Under the pieces are notes generated by a model. It was not told where the DNA came from. It was given only the letters and a program-made list of their open reading frames with translations, and made no database searches. Source: Camelus dromedarius (taxonomy: Eukaryota). From it: DNA of 60,000 nt. The stretch spans positions 46,998,001-47,058,000 of the forward strand of contig NC_087436.1 in assembly GCF_036321535.1 (NCBI RefSeq), in the 5' to 3' direction. This document shows, piece by piece, positions 1-13,705 of this stretch. Position 1 is the first letter of the stretch; each line of letters starts with the position of its first letter. The translations under genes were made by a program, and so were the position numbers.

Positions 1-1819
1 AGACATAAGCCCCATGAGATGAGGGTCTGTGTGGGTCTTACACAGCCCTGTATCTCCCACACACTAATCACAATGCCTAGTATATAATGGGTACTCTGAG
101 GGGTAACACTATAGATTATAACATCTTTTCCCAAAGTTTTTCATGGGACACCAGACTCAAAAGGTGCTCAGCAAAAAAACTGATTTTGTGATCAGGTTAG
201 CTTGATTAAATACTGCACAGTAGGGCCCCTTTCAAGAGTTGCCATTCGAATTAATCTACTAAAGAGGCTTTTCAGTTTTCCTATAAAGAAATACATTTAA
301 CTTTAAACCAGAATTTCTTAAACTTTTTTCTGACTATGGAATCTTCATCTTGTACCTATTACTTACTACCCCATAGAACTAGTACTCCTCTGCACTCATC
401 CTGGAATCACATTTGGAAACACAGTTTTATCATGATTCACCCTCTACTGCTTCCAATAGTCCTACGAGTGGGTACTGTACTTTCCTCTGAAATCATTAAT
501 TACATGAGCTTGGTGAACTGAAAGTTCCAAATCATCCTGCATGAAAATAGGGATAGCAAGCTCCCTTCTGGCTTCCTACGAGGAGAGGTCAGCCCTCTCC
601 CCTCTCAGAAGGACAGGAGTTGGCCCAGCCCTACATCAGCTCAGCCACCTTGCGCACTGCCTGGTGTGGAGCTCAGGAACGGCTACCCGGTGGGACACAA
701 GTCGGACTGCATCCGTGGACGCTGGCTTCCTGTGACTGCCTGGGATGTGTCAACGAGGCTAATATTCCCACTTACTAAACACTAGTCTGGGTGTTGCTGG
801 GAGGGTATTTTGTTTATGTGGTTAACATCTACAGTCAGTTGACTTTAAGTAAAAGAGGTGATCCTCAATTATCTGGGTGGGCCTCTTCCAATAAACTGAA
901 AAACAATAAAAGCAATATTGAAGTTTTTCCTGAGGAAGAAGAAATCCCATCTGTGGCCAGCAGCCTGGGCTCCTGCCTGAGAGTCTCCAGTGTCCTGCTG
1001 GTTCTGGTTCTCTGACTGAAGGCTGACTGATACACTGTCCATTGCAGCTTGATGAACATCCCCCATCAGTGTCCCTGTCAGGCTGGGCATGATTTTGCTG
1101 AAGCATTTTCAAGCAGAGGTAGGGAGCCAGCAGAGATGGACACTGCATCCTCCCCTCAGGCTGTATAAAGGGTCTGCCTCAAAGCTCTGGGGAAGTGTCA
1201 GAATCGGCACAGACAAGAAGGCTGGAAGGAGAGACAGGAGGCCCTTGTCCCTCTGCCCTGGGGAGCACATGCTCCCTAAGGCAGTTTGTGTCTCCCCCAG
1301 GGCTGCTGCCCAGCAGTCGGGCTGCGGGTGAATTGCTCAGCACTGATACATTTCCATGCCTAGGCACAACCAGGTGAATTAATTTCTGGAAAAGAATGAC
1401 TGCCTTCAATTTAATTAAATTTTCACAGTTTAATAGTATCTCAGGGCATCTACTTTGCATTTAAGATGAAGATCACAGATATGTATATATTATGGAAATA
1501 GACTGCAGTTCTCATTCTAATAGGGAATGTGAAAGCCCAGCCCGTTCACCAGCACTGGCATTTGAGGGGGATGGAACACGTCTGTGCACTCATGTCGATG
1601 TTCTTTGGCTGAGTGTAAGGACGATTTTAATTTTCATAACATACATTCAAAACCTGAAAATGTGCATACTCAGTGAGTGCAGGACCAAGAATTTATCCTG
1701 AGGATATGTGTGAAGTTATGAGATTTCATCTCAATTGTGAAAAATTAGAAGCCATTTAAATGTCCAACAGTAAGAGGTTAGTAAGCTATGGTACACTGAT
1801 ATACAACAGAATAAAATGA

Positions 1820-2050
1820 AAATAGTTACCAATCATTGAATGGTCTGCCAAGCACTGTTCTATAAGAGTTTCCTATGTATAGTCTTACTCCTCACAACAA
1901 ACCTACAAGGCAGGTTCTATATGCCTCTTTTCACAGATGAGCAAACTAAGGCACAGAGTGGAAGAGCAAACCACATGAGGTCACACAGCTAGTGGGTGGA
2001 GCTAGGATTCCAGCCTGGTCAGCCTGGCTTCTGAGCCCACACTCTGCATC
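1820..2050 (-). mobile_element. MIR SINE
   Basis: Core tcctcacaacaaacct ... acagatgagcaaactaaggcacagag ... aggtcacacagctagt. Confidence 0.75.
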
Positions 2051-3182
2051 TATGCTGGGCCTCATTTTCAAGACAGATGATGTTATTTCAAACGTCCATA
2101 ATTTCATAGACATATAAACAAAGTGCAATAACAAAAATGGAAAGCTCTATAGTTCAAAATCAGTGATCCTCCTTTTTTCTTTATTGCTTATCTGTATTTA
2201 CTAAATTTTCTACAATAAGTATCCGATTTGTATAGTTTAAAAGTAAAAACAATAAAACTTGATGTTATTATTTTGATTGGGAACCGAATTCCTAATATTC
2301 TGAGTCAGAGACTAGAGCCAGCTCAATGTAACATGAGGTTCAGGGCAGCTACTCAAGCCAATTCGGTCCAGAAGAACATGAGCCAGGCCGCATGGGGAGG
2401 GCTCCCCCAGGGCACAGGGCCCAGGCCTCTGGTGGCGCACACCATCCATGATGCAGTCAACCAACAAGCTCTCTGCTAGGCAGAGAGCTACCCAGAGACT
2501 ATCTCCTGGACCTTCCTTCAGCTACTTACAAACCTCAGTTTTCTCAACCCAGCCAAGGTTTATGATCACCAACAGTGACAGTGAGTTTCAAATCCATAAT
2601 TTTTTGAAAAATCAGGAAACAAAATAAGTAATAAATATGATGAGTTGGGATTTCACAGAACTCTCTGTGGGTGTGCTCTGGATCCCCTGCAAAGAATGGA
2701 CATATTGAATGATATGAGAAATAATCAGAAATGTAAAAGTTAGAACTGTATAGATTCAGTGATAAAATCCAAATATCTTCATTTGACAAAGATCCCAAGG
2801 TTCAGAGAGGTTAACTCACTTGTACTTAGTTACCTAGACTGCCAGAGGCTAAACCAGAATTAAAAGCCAAGTTTTTAGTGCCTAGTCCAATACGCTCTCC
2901 ACTCAGCCATGCTACCCCAGGGATCTGGGCTCAGCCAAAAGAAGGGAAAAGGTACTGGTACAAAACCAATAGATTTATTTTACGAAACCTGTTTTGCATT
3001 TACTCCTATGACACTAGCAGCATGTACCAAAGAGAAATACACAGAGTAAAACGTGACAGTGACTCTCCACACACCACAACTTCCTCCTGCCAAGGGGTGA
3101 TTACCACCCCCAATAATCTGGGGTGCGACTCAACGCTTCACCATTCCAAACCCCTTTCCACAAATGTCATACTCGTATTTAG

Positions 3183-3628
3183 TAGTGGTGTGCTGAAACT
3201 AGCTTGTACCAGTTCTTCTTGGGAGCCAACTTAAATTCTTAGGAAAGTGGTGAGCTGGATATTAAACATAGTCATTATTAAAAAATTAATGTATATAAAC
3301 TTTCAATTAAGTTATATTTTTAAAGAGATAAGAAGTACTCAAAACACAAAAGAAAAATCCTCATCATCCCCCACCCCTTTCTTTTTTTACTGCATTTTAC
3401 TATCACCTACATTTTCAGGGTCGTTAACATTCATTGCATCTGTATGGTGGAAAAACTAATGGTGTGTTACTGCACATCTCTTTCGAGTTTCACATTCAGT
3501 GACATCATTTTGCAGAATCCACCACAGTGGGAGTATTTACACCAAGGAAACTGGCAAATACTACAAATCAGAGCCTGCCCCCTACCCCCGCAAACAGCCA
3601 GTTTTTAAGTATTTACTAGCATATCATG
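3183..3628. mobile_element. hAT-Tip100 DNA transposon remnant (Arthur1-like)
   Basis: Termini tagtggtgtgctg...tagcatatcatg resemble cagtggtgtgctg TIRs; AT-rich interior. Confidence 0.6.
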
Positions 3629-5359
3629 ATAGACACATTTTTTTTCCAAGAATTTTTCTCTTTATGTGAATAGACTATTGGAAAATTTTAAAAGTCTGTT
3701 AAACGTATTTCTTTGGTGGAAACAGAGCAGAAGCACTCACCGAAACATGTAAAATACCTTTGCCATCAACCTGTTTTTTAAGCTATCATTCACCTTCTCT
3801 GCCTCGGTAACCTCCTCCCTTGGTGCTCTAGCCTATCTGAACTAAATCCCAGTTCCTTTTAACTTCCCTCTGCAAGTATAATTCTGCCTCCCCTCTTCTA
3901 TTCATTCCCACACCTCTCAAGCTTTAAAGAGAGAAAAAGCATTTTTAATGGTAAAAGTGACATTTTCCTAAGGTAATTACTTAATAGGCAACAAAACAAG
4001 AATGGCTGGACTTGCTTTGCCATGGTAAGCATTAGATCCTGCTAGCTGCTACTTTGACACTCCTGGGCTCCCGAGTGCCAGGGGCAAAGCAATATTCTTA
4101 GTCCTTTTGTTTATACACCGAAAGATTAGGTTTCCTTAAATTCCTGAGGAATTTCAGAAGATTAACTTTTAGATAGGTAACTTCATAGGCTAAGCAGGCT
4201 GAGAAAAGAAAAAAGAAAAAAAAAATCATGTCACCCTGAAGCAGTTCCATCAAGGGATGAAATTTTAAATCACATCATGTCTCACACCCATTTCTTAGTG
4301 CAAAATAAATCACTTGAACAGAGTGCAAGCCAATTTTTACTTTAAAAATGTTGTGTCCTAAGGCTGTCTTCTTGAACTTCAAAAGCACACTTTGTAATTA
4401 CTCTACCTATCAAAGGAAACTCAACACTTCACCTCCAATCTTCTTCAGCTTGTGTTATCACTTTTAATTGTTAATAAACCACATTCATTTTAAACAGATT
4501 ATTCTGTTCGGGAATTCAATGTTTTCAAACAGAATACTCTGAATTATAAATAAATGAACTTATTTACGTACAAGCTAAAGTTAAGTGGGACTTTTTCTCC
4601 CTACCTGTTCTTGGTTTTATTTTTAGTAATTTCTGTCATTTTGGAGACTCGCAGCAATTCTTGTCTCTCATTTTTGAAAAGAATAGTTTTCTGGGAAGGA
4701 GAAGGATTGAAAAATGCCAGGGATTTTATCACAGTTTGTGCCCAGACTGATATCACTTGATTGTGACTTGTGAGCCAGCTTGCAATTTGTTTTTTAAAGG
4801 AAAGTGAAGGGCTAAAAAATAATTTGCCAAATTCAGACCACTATCAAATTGCGTAATTCATTCAGATTTATTTACACCCTTCATTTTCTTACCAACTTGT
4901 TGCCCACCTGAAATCAACAAGGTAAGCGCTTCTGGTTATCAACCTCCCTGCCACGGTAGGCACTGGTCATGTCTATTTGACAGAAGCATTTGTTCACAAA
5001 TCATATTTTTCCAGCCTGGTCAATTTTCTCTCATGGTTACTAACAAAATGTTCTTGAGATGGAAACATGCCATGTTTGTTTCCACTTTGACACTAAGCTC
5101 AACATTCAGGAGTTGAGGGCAGTTCCTGTCTGACAAGGAAGTTCCCCGAACATCCTTCTCTCCACCCTAACTGTGCCCACAGTGCTGAGCCCTCCCCCTG
5201 AAGGATGCTCCCTCTCCTCTGCTAACAAAGACCAGTTCTCAGGGCCCCTCCCAGTCTCCTGGACAAAACTGACATCTTTCCTCTGGTTCCACACTGGAGC
5301 ACTGGCACCCCCAACCCCACCAGCACCACCACCGTCATCTCTGTCGAGAGCTTTCCACG

Positions 5360-5550
5360 GTGCCAGGCACTACTCCACGTGTTTCACATGTGTTAAGTAA
5401 TCCTCACCACAACCCTCATCTATCAGTAAGTGCCATTATTATTCCTGCTTTACAGATAACAGCACTGAGGCTGAGAGGTTGGTGCCCGAGGTCACGAGGC
5501 TGGTAGATGACGGCCAGGCCAGCTCCAGGGACTGCACGCTCAAGCACCTA
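5360..5550 (-). mobile_element. MIR SINE
   Basis: aatcctcaccacaaccct ... tttacagataacagcactgaggctgagaggtt. Confidence 0.7.
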
Positions 5551-8500
5551 CCACAACTCCCGACTCCATCGAGCAACTGAGTTACCTGTGTAGTTGTTTC
5601 TCCGCTGACCAATGCGCCCTCACGGGGCAGGGACCGTCTCTTGCCCATTCCTACATCGCCCAGAGTGCCTCCCACGGTGCCTGGTGAGTGGGAGGGGCTC
5701 ATTAACTATTTATGAAATGAATGAATGGATTTTTCCTACCATTTCCAGGCATACGAATTGGGAGATGCCTGTGGTGGCATCAGGAAAAGAGCTCACCAAA
5801 CCAGCGGCCCTGGACTGCACATGGCCTGAGGCCCAGATCTGCCCGTTCCTGGGCTGTGTAAGGGGAACAACAGAACTGACTCAGTCAATCAGGTAAACAC
5901 TGACCAAGTATCACCTCCCCCTAGAAAGTCACAGCAAGTAAGGGGCCACAGATGGTATGTGACATACTGTAAGTCAGTGACTGACGCTAGTATAAACTAG
6001 CAGGGTTGATTCTGGAAGGCTGGCATTAGCATATCTTTCTGATTCTTTTATCACTCCACTAGCAAAACTGTAACTTAAATGTATTCACTTATTTATACAC
6101 ACCCTATCTTGTCCCCAGAATAGTTTATATATTCAGCAAATTTATAAACTAGAAATGAAAAGAAGAAAACAAAACAAGGACAATAAATAGAACTTTAAGG
6201 TAATACCAAAAATGTGTATAATAAGAATTGTTGCATATTTGCTATGGCTGGGGAAAAAAAAATGTATGTAGGACTTTATAAGGTACATTCACAAAGATTC
6301 TCATATTGGCTCTTCAGAGCGGATATTCCCTATAGCTAATGTTATTATGTGCAGGTTCCAGGGGAGGAACTTGAGGCTCAGAGAGACCAAGGAACTTGAC
6401 TAAGTTCATACAGATAGTAAGTGTGAGTAGGACCAAGGCTGAAATGAACCCTTTGAGGTAAGGAACTGATTCCAAAGCCCTATTACCTGAGGCACCTCTC
6501 AAATCAGACACACCTGGGCCATCTTTTCCAACTGAGGGAAAATAATCAAGCACAACTCAGGTGAAATACTTATTTGTCCCTTTCACCTAAATTATTACAG
6601 CATCATAATAATAACTGCAGGGGTGTGAAATCTGAGTTTGATTCTAGAACTCGTGTTTTGTGGGTCTGATGGTGCATCTTCACACGCTCCTGCTGATGTA
6701 AGCCACACGCTCTCCCTCCTCACAGCTGGGGTCTAGGCACTATTTTCCTCAACCTGCCTTCTGGGCTAAGATCCGAAACTTCACCTTCACCCCTTTACTC
6801 TAAGTTCCTTGCTTTAGTGAAATCTCTTGGGGAGGACCGCTAGGGGAGGGCGGTGTCCCCTGGTGGAGTGGGTCTTCTCTCTGCACAGGGCATGAGGAAA
6901 CACATGGACCAGCGACCCGGCGCCTCGGCAAAATGTTGATGTTCATCCCCTCTCTAGTTATGTGGAAATCAAAATGTGAATCAGAGGATCTCTGATTTAG
7001 GTGCCTGAAAAAGACGCAAAAAGCCAGCAAAAGAGGTTTCTGATACTAACCTCAGTGGACTCCCCTCCCTCTCTGCCCCTCCAACCTCGGCACTCCTTCC
7101 ATCACTCCTGCTGCACCCTCCACCTACCCCAGGACAGATCCCCACCTGAGCAACCCTAAGGAAGGTGCTTCAGACACTGCCTCTCCAAAAGTGTGTTTCT
7201 GAGTGTTGGCCACTGCCATTGCATTGCGGGGTATACCAGTCAACAGAGTGAAGAAACATAATACTACCCACTTAGACGTGGGATTAGTGGCGGCCAGACA
7301 CACTGAGGAACAAAAATTCCTTGGCCTCCTGCTGACTTGCTGTGTGAAGGAGAGGTCCAGCTGATGTGCTAGTAATCTTCCCCGAACAATAAAACAATCG
7401 AATGCTTTCTATTCAGGGACAGAATCAGCACTAATGGGATCTGGCCAACAACACAAACACTCTTGCTGCCCCCACCTTTCCTGACTTCCCTTACGTGGCC
7501 CTTTTCTGGCTGTGATAATGTACCAGCATGTAGAAATGTAGATACTCCTCTTCAGAAAATGAATCACAATTCCGGGAGGTGGGGGGGAACCCCAACATCT
7601 TCTTGGGACTATTTGGAATTCAGCTACTTTATCTATTTACAAAACCATCTATAACCAATAGGCTGTGGATTTTTAAAAGAATACTTGTGGGGGAACATGA
7701 AATAAAATCCAAAGATATCTCAAAAAAAGAAAAGAGATTTTAGGAAATAGCTTAATCATCTTCTTAGCTAAATGCCTTGACAAGACGACCACAAAATAGC
7801 AGGTAACTCATTTACTGGAACACACTTTGGAAGATCATGTAGTACACCTTCATTTTACACATGAGGAAACTGAGGCCCAAAGAAGTTAAATGTCTCAAGG
7901 CTGTAGTACAAGTTAGTGTTAGGACAAGAAAATAAATGAGCAGGACAGGCAGCAGGAGAAGAAAAGCAGTGAAAGAGAGCAGCGCTGAGGGTCTAAGACT
8001 GCAGGATCTTATTCTCAGCGCTTCTGCATAAACTAGAGGCATACACACCCTGTTGTCCCCCACTGATCCCATACGATTCCCTCCATCTCACTGCCTTTCC
8101 CACTGCTTCCACCCTACCCGTCCTGGATTGGGTGCCACTTCACATTTACATCTGGGGATGTTGTCACAGATGAGAAGACTCAGAGTGGATGACAGAAGGC
8201 ACTTGAGCCCCTTCCTACACTCAGTGGGTCCACTTTCCATCCCCGGTATGGGCACAGGGAAGGGTACAGCAAAGGAAGTAGTAGCTGCTTTATGTCCCCC
8301 TGCCCACAAAACCAAAATAGAAACAAAAATAAAAACAAACAAAAAAACTTGCTGTGAAAAGATATTATTTTGTAAGGCTTAAACAACAGAAGTATAAAAA
8401 CTTCAATGTTTAAAAAAAAGGGCCACAATGAAAAATGAGTTCAGAATGTTGTCATCCTTCTGCAAATGGATAGCTACAGGACCCTCTTCAATTTGCTTAC

Positions 8501-9649
8501 AAACACACATTAAAGAGGAATTCGCAAGACTACAACAAATGTTATTTGAGTTTAAGTATTTTTTAAAAGATCAATGTTATCACTTAAGAACTAGCTTCCT
8601 TTTTCCTATAGTCTGGCACTCGTGGCTTGAAGTAACAGTTGGCCCTTGGTGACAGTACTCTAAGGAAGCCACATCTGCCTCTAACGATCCTCTTAGAGGC
8701 CTTAAGGGATTCTTGAAGCTGGATTCTAATTTATTCACTATTGATTTATTCACAGACTTTTTTCCCCTAAACTCCTTTGTGATGTTTAATAATATGTAGT
8801 TAAGTTTTATCATAGAAATAAAACTGAGCACCACTGCCAGATGCATCAAAAGTAACTGTTAAACTGTGAATCTTTGCAAAGGGATGGAGAGTTCAGAGCC
8901 TGGATACGCAAACCAGTATCTAATATTGTATGTTGAGTAACTGAACACATCTGGGAAAAGAAACTCACTGCTGCTTAAAATATCTACTCTATTCTCCAGC
9001 ACATCTGTGGTGCAATTAAAGAGCCTAGTGCACAGTTAAAATTCAGGTCAGCACACAGCAACAATGGGGCTCTTTGATGTAAGGTCAGCTTTGGTCATTC
9101 TCATATACTCATTAAACAGGTTAATCAACTTAGTGCAGGATACAGGACAGGAGTAACCAAAAGTCTACTTAATGACCATTACCCTGAAAGCATCAACAGA
9201 TAGATGTGTTTTATTTGTCTGACGTAGTGACTGCTACTTCACTGTCAGTGCATGCTGGAGCTAAAGGTGCCATTTCTGGAATTGTGTGCTTTTTCTCAGC
9301 TAATGAAATGTAGATATTACACTAATATTTATTTGTAGTTACTATTAGTTAATACATTGCAAAAATAGATGGTCTGGTGTGAGCCTTCCTTTCTTACTTT
9401 CTTCTTGTACATTTCTCTTTCTTGGTGAAGTAACAAAGCATGGGATGGATTTGTGGAATACGTGTCACGCCCTTTACATTTGTCTTCCTTGAGTTAAGAA
9501 GTGTTAATGTGACACACTCAGTTGAGTAAACTTCATTCATATTCTCCTAATACATTTTATGAATTACCCACAAAAAAGGACAGTTACTACGAATGACTAG
9601 TGCCTACTGTGAATGCTTTAGTAGAAAGACCTGTAAAGACCTGGACTTT

Positions 9650-9825
9650 AGGTCAAATGGACTTGGATTTGAGTGCAGCTCCCTGATCTGCAGATGTTCT
9701 TTTGTGAAATGAAGATAATGAGACCTACTTCGTAGGGTTGTTGTGAAGATACAATAAAATAATGCATATAAGGTGCTTAGTGCAGTGCTTGGAACATAGT
9801 ACAACTTAATGGCAACCCTTTTTAT
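9650..9825 (+). mobile_element. MIR SINE
   Basis: tgtgaaatgaagataatgagacctacttcgtagggttgttgtgaagat ... gtgcttggaacatagta. Confidence 0.75.
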
Positions 9826-10176
9826 CATTAAGAAAAAGCTCTCCTAAGTCACTGAGGAATGTAACAACATTAATCAGTGTACAATTTTCTTTTCCCTGCT
9901 AAAGTCTATTTTCAGTGCTTCTCAAAATGAAACCAAACATACACTATATGATATTAAAATAAATGATGAAAATCCTTCACTAGACTTTTAAATAATGGGG
10001 TCTACATAATCTTAAGAGGAAGGCATCATAAGTGGGCATGGCAGGCATCCAAATATTTCCTGTGCCCAAGTAAGATACAGGGTCTCGTCTTTCAGGAGCA
10101 AGAGGTGGCGTGGGTATACTCAAGGTTAAAAATCCCAGACAGCCCAAACACTCCTCAGACATTCCTTAGGAAGGTA

Positions 10177-10773
10177 CACTTGATTCTTGTTGTTTGCAGT
10201 AGTTAATGTTCTATAAAGTCACTGCCAACGTTCAGTTAACGAATACTGAACCATTGCTCCTAGGGGAAATACAGGGTTATGTTCCTGTGAGCCTCTGGTC
10301 ATGTTATTATCAACTGATCAACACTTAACCTTTTCTGTGTGTTTCTTGTTTAATATATATTGTTGATTCATAAACATTGAACTCACAGCCAATAGGACTT
10401 CAACTCATGCCGGAACAAAGCTATCTAATGCCCACATTTTCTTAAGGCAATTATAACCTTCTTGCACATAATGATATCAGCCAGCACTTAAGAACTGTAC
10501 TTGGGAGCCATTTTAAACATCAAAATTACCAACATAAAGCACAAAAACACAGAAGAACACGACACTAAATTGAGCACAAAGGGACCCTTATCTCCAGTAT
10601 GAGAGCAGAAATAAGAATGCAGAATGTCCTGTGCAGCTCAGAGATTCCCCACTCTGTGCATATCTGTACAAGAGCATGGAAGCACCACAAACATTGATTT
10701 TATGGGTACAAATAAATTTTAACAAGTAGGTGAATTCACAAATATAGAATCCACGAATAATGAGGATCAACCA
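10177..10773 (-). mobile_element. MER82-like TcMar-Tigger non-autonomous DNA transposon
   Basis: TA on both sides (10175-76, 10774-75) with imperfect terminal inverted repeats. Reverse complement begins ggttgatcctcattattcgtggattctatatttgtgaattcacctac. Confidence 0.8.
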
Positions 10774-12279
10774 TATCACCTTGAAAACTGACAAACACCT
10801 CCCACTTAATAAGCCCAACACAGCAAGTCTTTTCTTCAGTATTAAAAAGAAAGTTATTTCTTTGGGTGACCACCTGATGAAGCCATTGACTTGCATTTAG
10901 GGATGACATTGCATGAAAAGCACTAGGACAATATTTTAAAGACTAGAACAAAAATTCTGGAAAGTCTCAGAGTGAGGCGATTCTAACTCTGTAAGAAGCA
11001 AGAGTGCACTAAGACCAACTAAAGGAGTGGATTCAGGTCTCCCATTGCCCATTTGTCAAGGAACTGCAAATAAAGAACAACAAAAAGTGATAGCTAGTAG
11101 TTATGTAGTGTTTATTATATACAGACACAGGTCTAAGTTTAATTTATTAATTCAATATATATTAACACAGTAATTAATTCTTTTACTATTATTATTGAAC
11201 AGTTCAAGTTGTTGTTTTCTTTTATTTCTTATTTAGAAAAGTTGGTTTGGGTGTCCCAGGAAGGAAGCTCTCCCAGGTGGTAGGAAGCAGCAAGGCACAC
11301 TGTTAGAAAGACCAGAAGCCATGGATTTCCAGGAGTGTTTTCTCACCCTTTACATGAGAGCATTTATTGATCCAAGCACAAAGCAGCCACTACTAGGTTC
11401 AACAGGATCAGCCCAGTGGAATCTTCAGAGAGCTAGATAATTCTTAGGATGATAAAATGCTAGATCTGAGTGGAAGCCTAATAGTCATATAATTGAACCC
11501 CTTTTTCAGAGGAGAGAAATGAAGCACACAGATGTTAAGTGACAGAGCTAATTAATAATATACACACGAATTGATCAGTTAGAAGAATTATATGATCATA
11601 ACAATAGATGTTGAAAGTAATACAATGAAACCCACTACTAATCTAAAAGAAGAGAAATAAGGATGGTTGCTTACTTGCCTATTACAATTAAAATATGTTA
11701 TAAAAGCACATCATTTTTTAAAATGTGACACTAAAGAAGGAATAAACAGACCAGTGGAGTAGAATACACAGCCCACAAAAAAACATTGTGTGTTTGTATG
11801 GATAATCATCTGTACCATCATCTGAAATTGTTCTTCAAAATAAGATACAGACAGATTAAAGGGTTGAAGAGCTAAACATTTTTATAAACTAGAAAATACA
11901 GATAAAATATAAGTTGATGTTTATCAGATGTCTGTTTAAGAAGGGCATTTTAATTTTGCAATACTGATGTAAATTGCAAAAGAAAACATCTACAATGGAA
12001 AACTTTTAATCTTCTGTTTAAGAAAAATGACTAAAAGTTAAAGTAAACAAAATGAGAAATACATTTTCGCAGTCTCTGATGCGAAAATCCGTTCTCTCCT
12101 TTTTACTTACTAACTGAAATACAATTTTGTTAAAGTAGCTATGTATCCAACTAAAAATCCTGCTTTAGATACCTTTGCAGTGACGATGTGGTAAGTTTGG
12201 ACAGAAGGAATGTATTGGAGATTGCCAACCTGGGCATCCAGAGGCTTCACAGCAGAGACAGATGCAGCTAGCACTTGGT

Positions 12280-12690
12280 GCTCTGCCCAGAACCCTCAGA
12301 AACCCTTTATCTGCTAGCTGTGTCCTGCCCCCGTTTCTGTGTGTTCTGATCCTAACAGCTGGTCCCTGTTACCTTCTTCAGACAATGACCTTTGGATGCT
12401 AAAGCCTCTCTGCCCAGATGTCAGAAGGCCCAGGTGTTCACATCCCCATCCCTCTCGCATTGACTGGGGAGGGGTCTGCTACTTTCTTGGAGATGGAGAC
12501 ACAAACTTGTATAATTCATGCTGAGTTCCCCCTGAGTTTTGGCTAAAGCACTCTTGACTTTATAGTCTTCTCTATGCTGCTTCTCTTACTCCATCCATTT
12601 ACTGATTTCTCCTAGACCTACTTCCTTAATAAACCATGAACATATGAATAGGCTGGGGTCTGCTTCTAGGGAATGTGACCTAAGACATAT
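12280..12690 (+). mobile_element. ERVL LTR (LTR16-like)
   Basis: gctctgcccagaacc start; ends aataaacc...ggtctgcttctagggaatgtgacctaagaca. Confidence 0.6.
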
Positions 12691-12966
12691 TCCCTTCTAT
12701 CTTTTGCTCCTTTGCCCTTCACATTGCCACCTCCTTCCTTCCTGGAGCATGGAAGAAATGCCTGGAGGCTCAGCAGCCATCTGGCAGCCAAGAGGCAATA
12801 AGCACACTATCAAAGGTTCATACAGTAAGGATGATACAACAGAAAGATGGAAAGAGCCTGACTACCTTATGGTATAATCAAGTTGTCGTATTAGTTCTGG
12901 ACTGACACCCTTAGACTTCTTTTTGTGTAAAACAAGTAAGCACCTTATTTGTTTATATGCCCGGTA

Positions 12967-13497
12967 TGGCATGTAATAATGGCTCCCCAAAGATGTCCAC
13001 ATCTTAATTCTCTGAACCTGTAGTATGTTGTTACATGGCAAAGAGGAATTAAGGGTACAAATGGAATTAAGGTTGCTATTCTGCTAATAGCTGTTTCTTC
13101 AAACAAGAAGAGTAATCTGGATTATCCAGGTGGATCCAATATAATCGTAAGTCTTTAAAAGTGGAGGAGGGAAGCAGAAGAGAGCTCAGAGCCCAAGAAG
13201 GAGATATGATGATGGAAGCAAAGATGGGAGTTAGAATATGTGAGAATGATTCAGCCTGCCATCGCCGGCTTTGAAGATGAAGGAAGGGGTCATCAGCCAA
13301 GGAAAGTGGGCAGACTCTAGAAGCTGGACAAGGCAAGCAAACAAATCCTCTTGCCTAGAGGCTCCTGCCAACACCTTGATTTTAGCCCAGAGAGATTCAC
13401 TTTAGACCTCTGACTTCCAGAACTAAAAAGAATATACTTGTGCTGTTCAAGCCACTAAGTCTGTGGTGATTATTATAGCAAGAATGGAAAACCAACA
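12967..13497 (+). mobile_element. MaLR LTR (MLT1D/E-like)
   Basis: aataatggctccccaaagatgtccacatcttaat ... tctagaagctggacaaggcaag ... aagccactaagtctgtggtgattattatagca. Confidence 0.8.
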
Positions 13498-13502
13498 CCC
13501 CT

Positions 13503-13705
13503 ATGTCTACTTGAAATTTGCTAAGAGAGTAGATCTTAAGCATTCTCACCAAAAAGAAGGTAACAATGTAAGATGATGGATGTGTTAATTAACCTGATTA
13601 ATATGGTAATGACTTCACAATACATCATGTATCAAATCATCATGTTGTACACTTTAAATATACACAATTCTATTCGTCAGTTATATCTCAATAAAGTTGG
13701 GAGGC
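13503..13705 (+). mobile_element. L1M 3' end fragment
   Basis: ttgaaatttgctaagagagtagatcttaagcattctcacc ... catgttgtacactttaaatatacacaat ... tatctcaataaagttggg. Confidence 0.8.
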
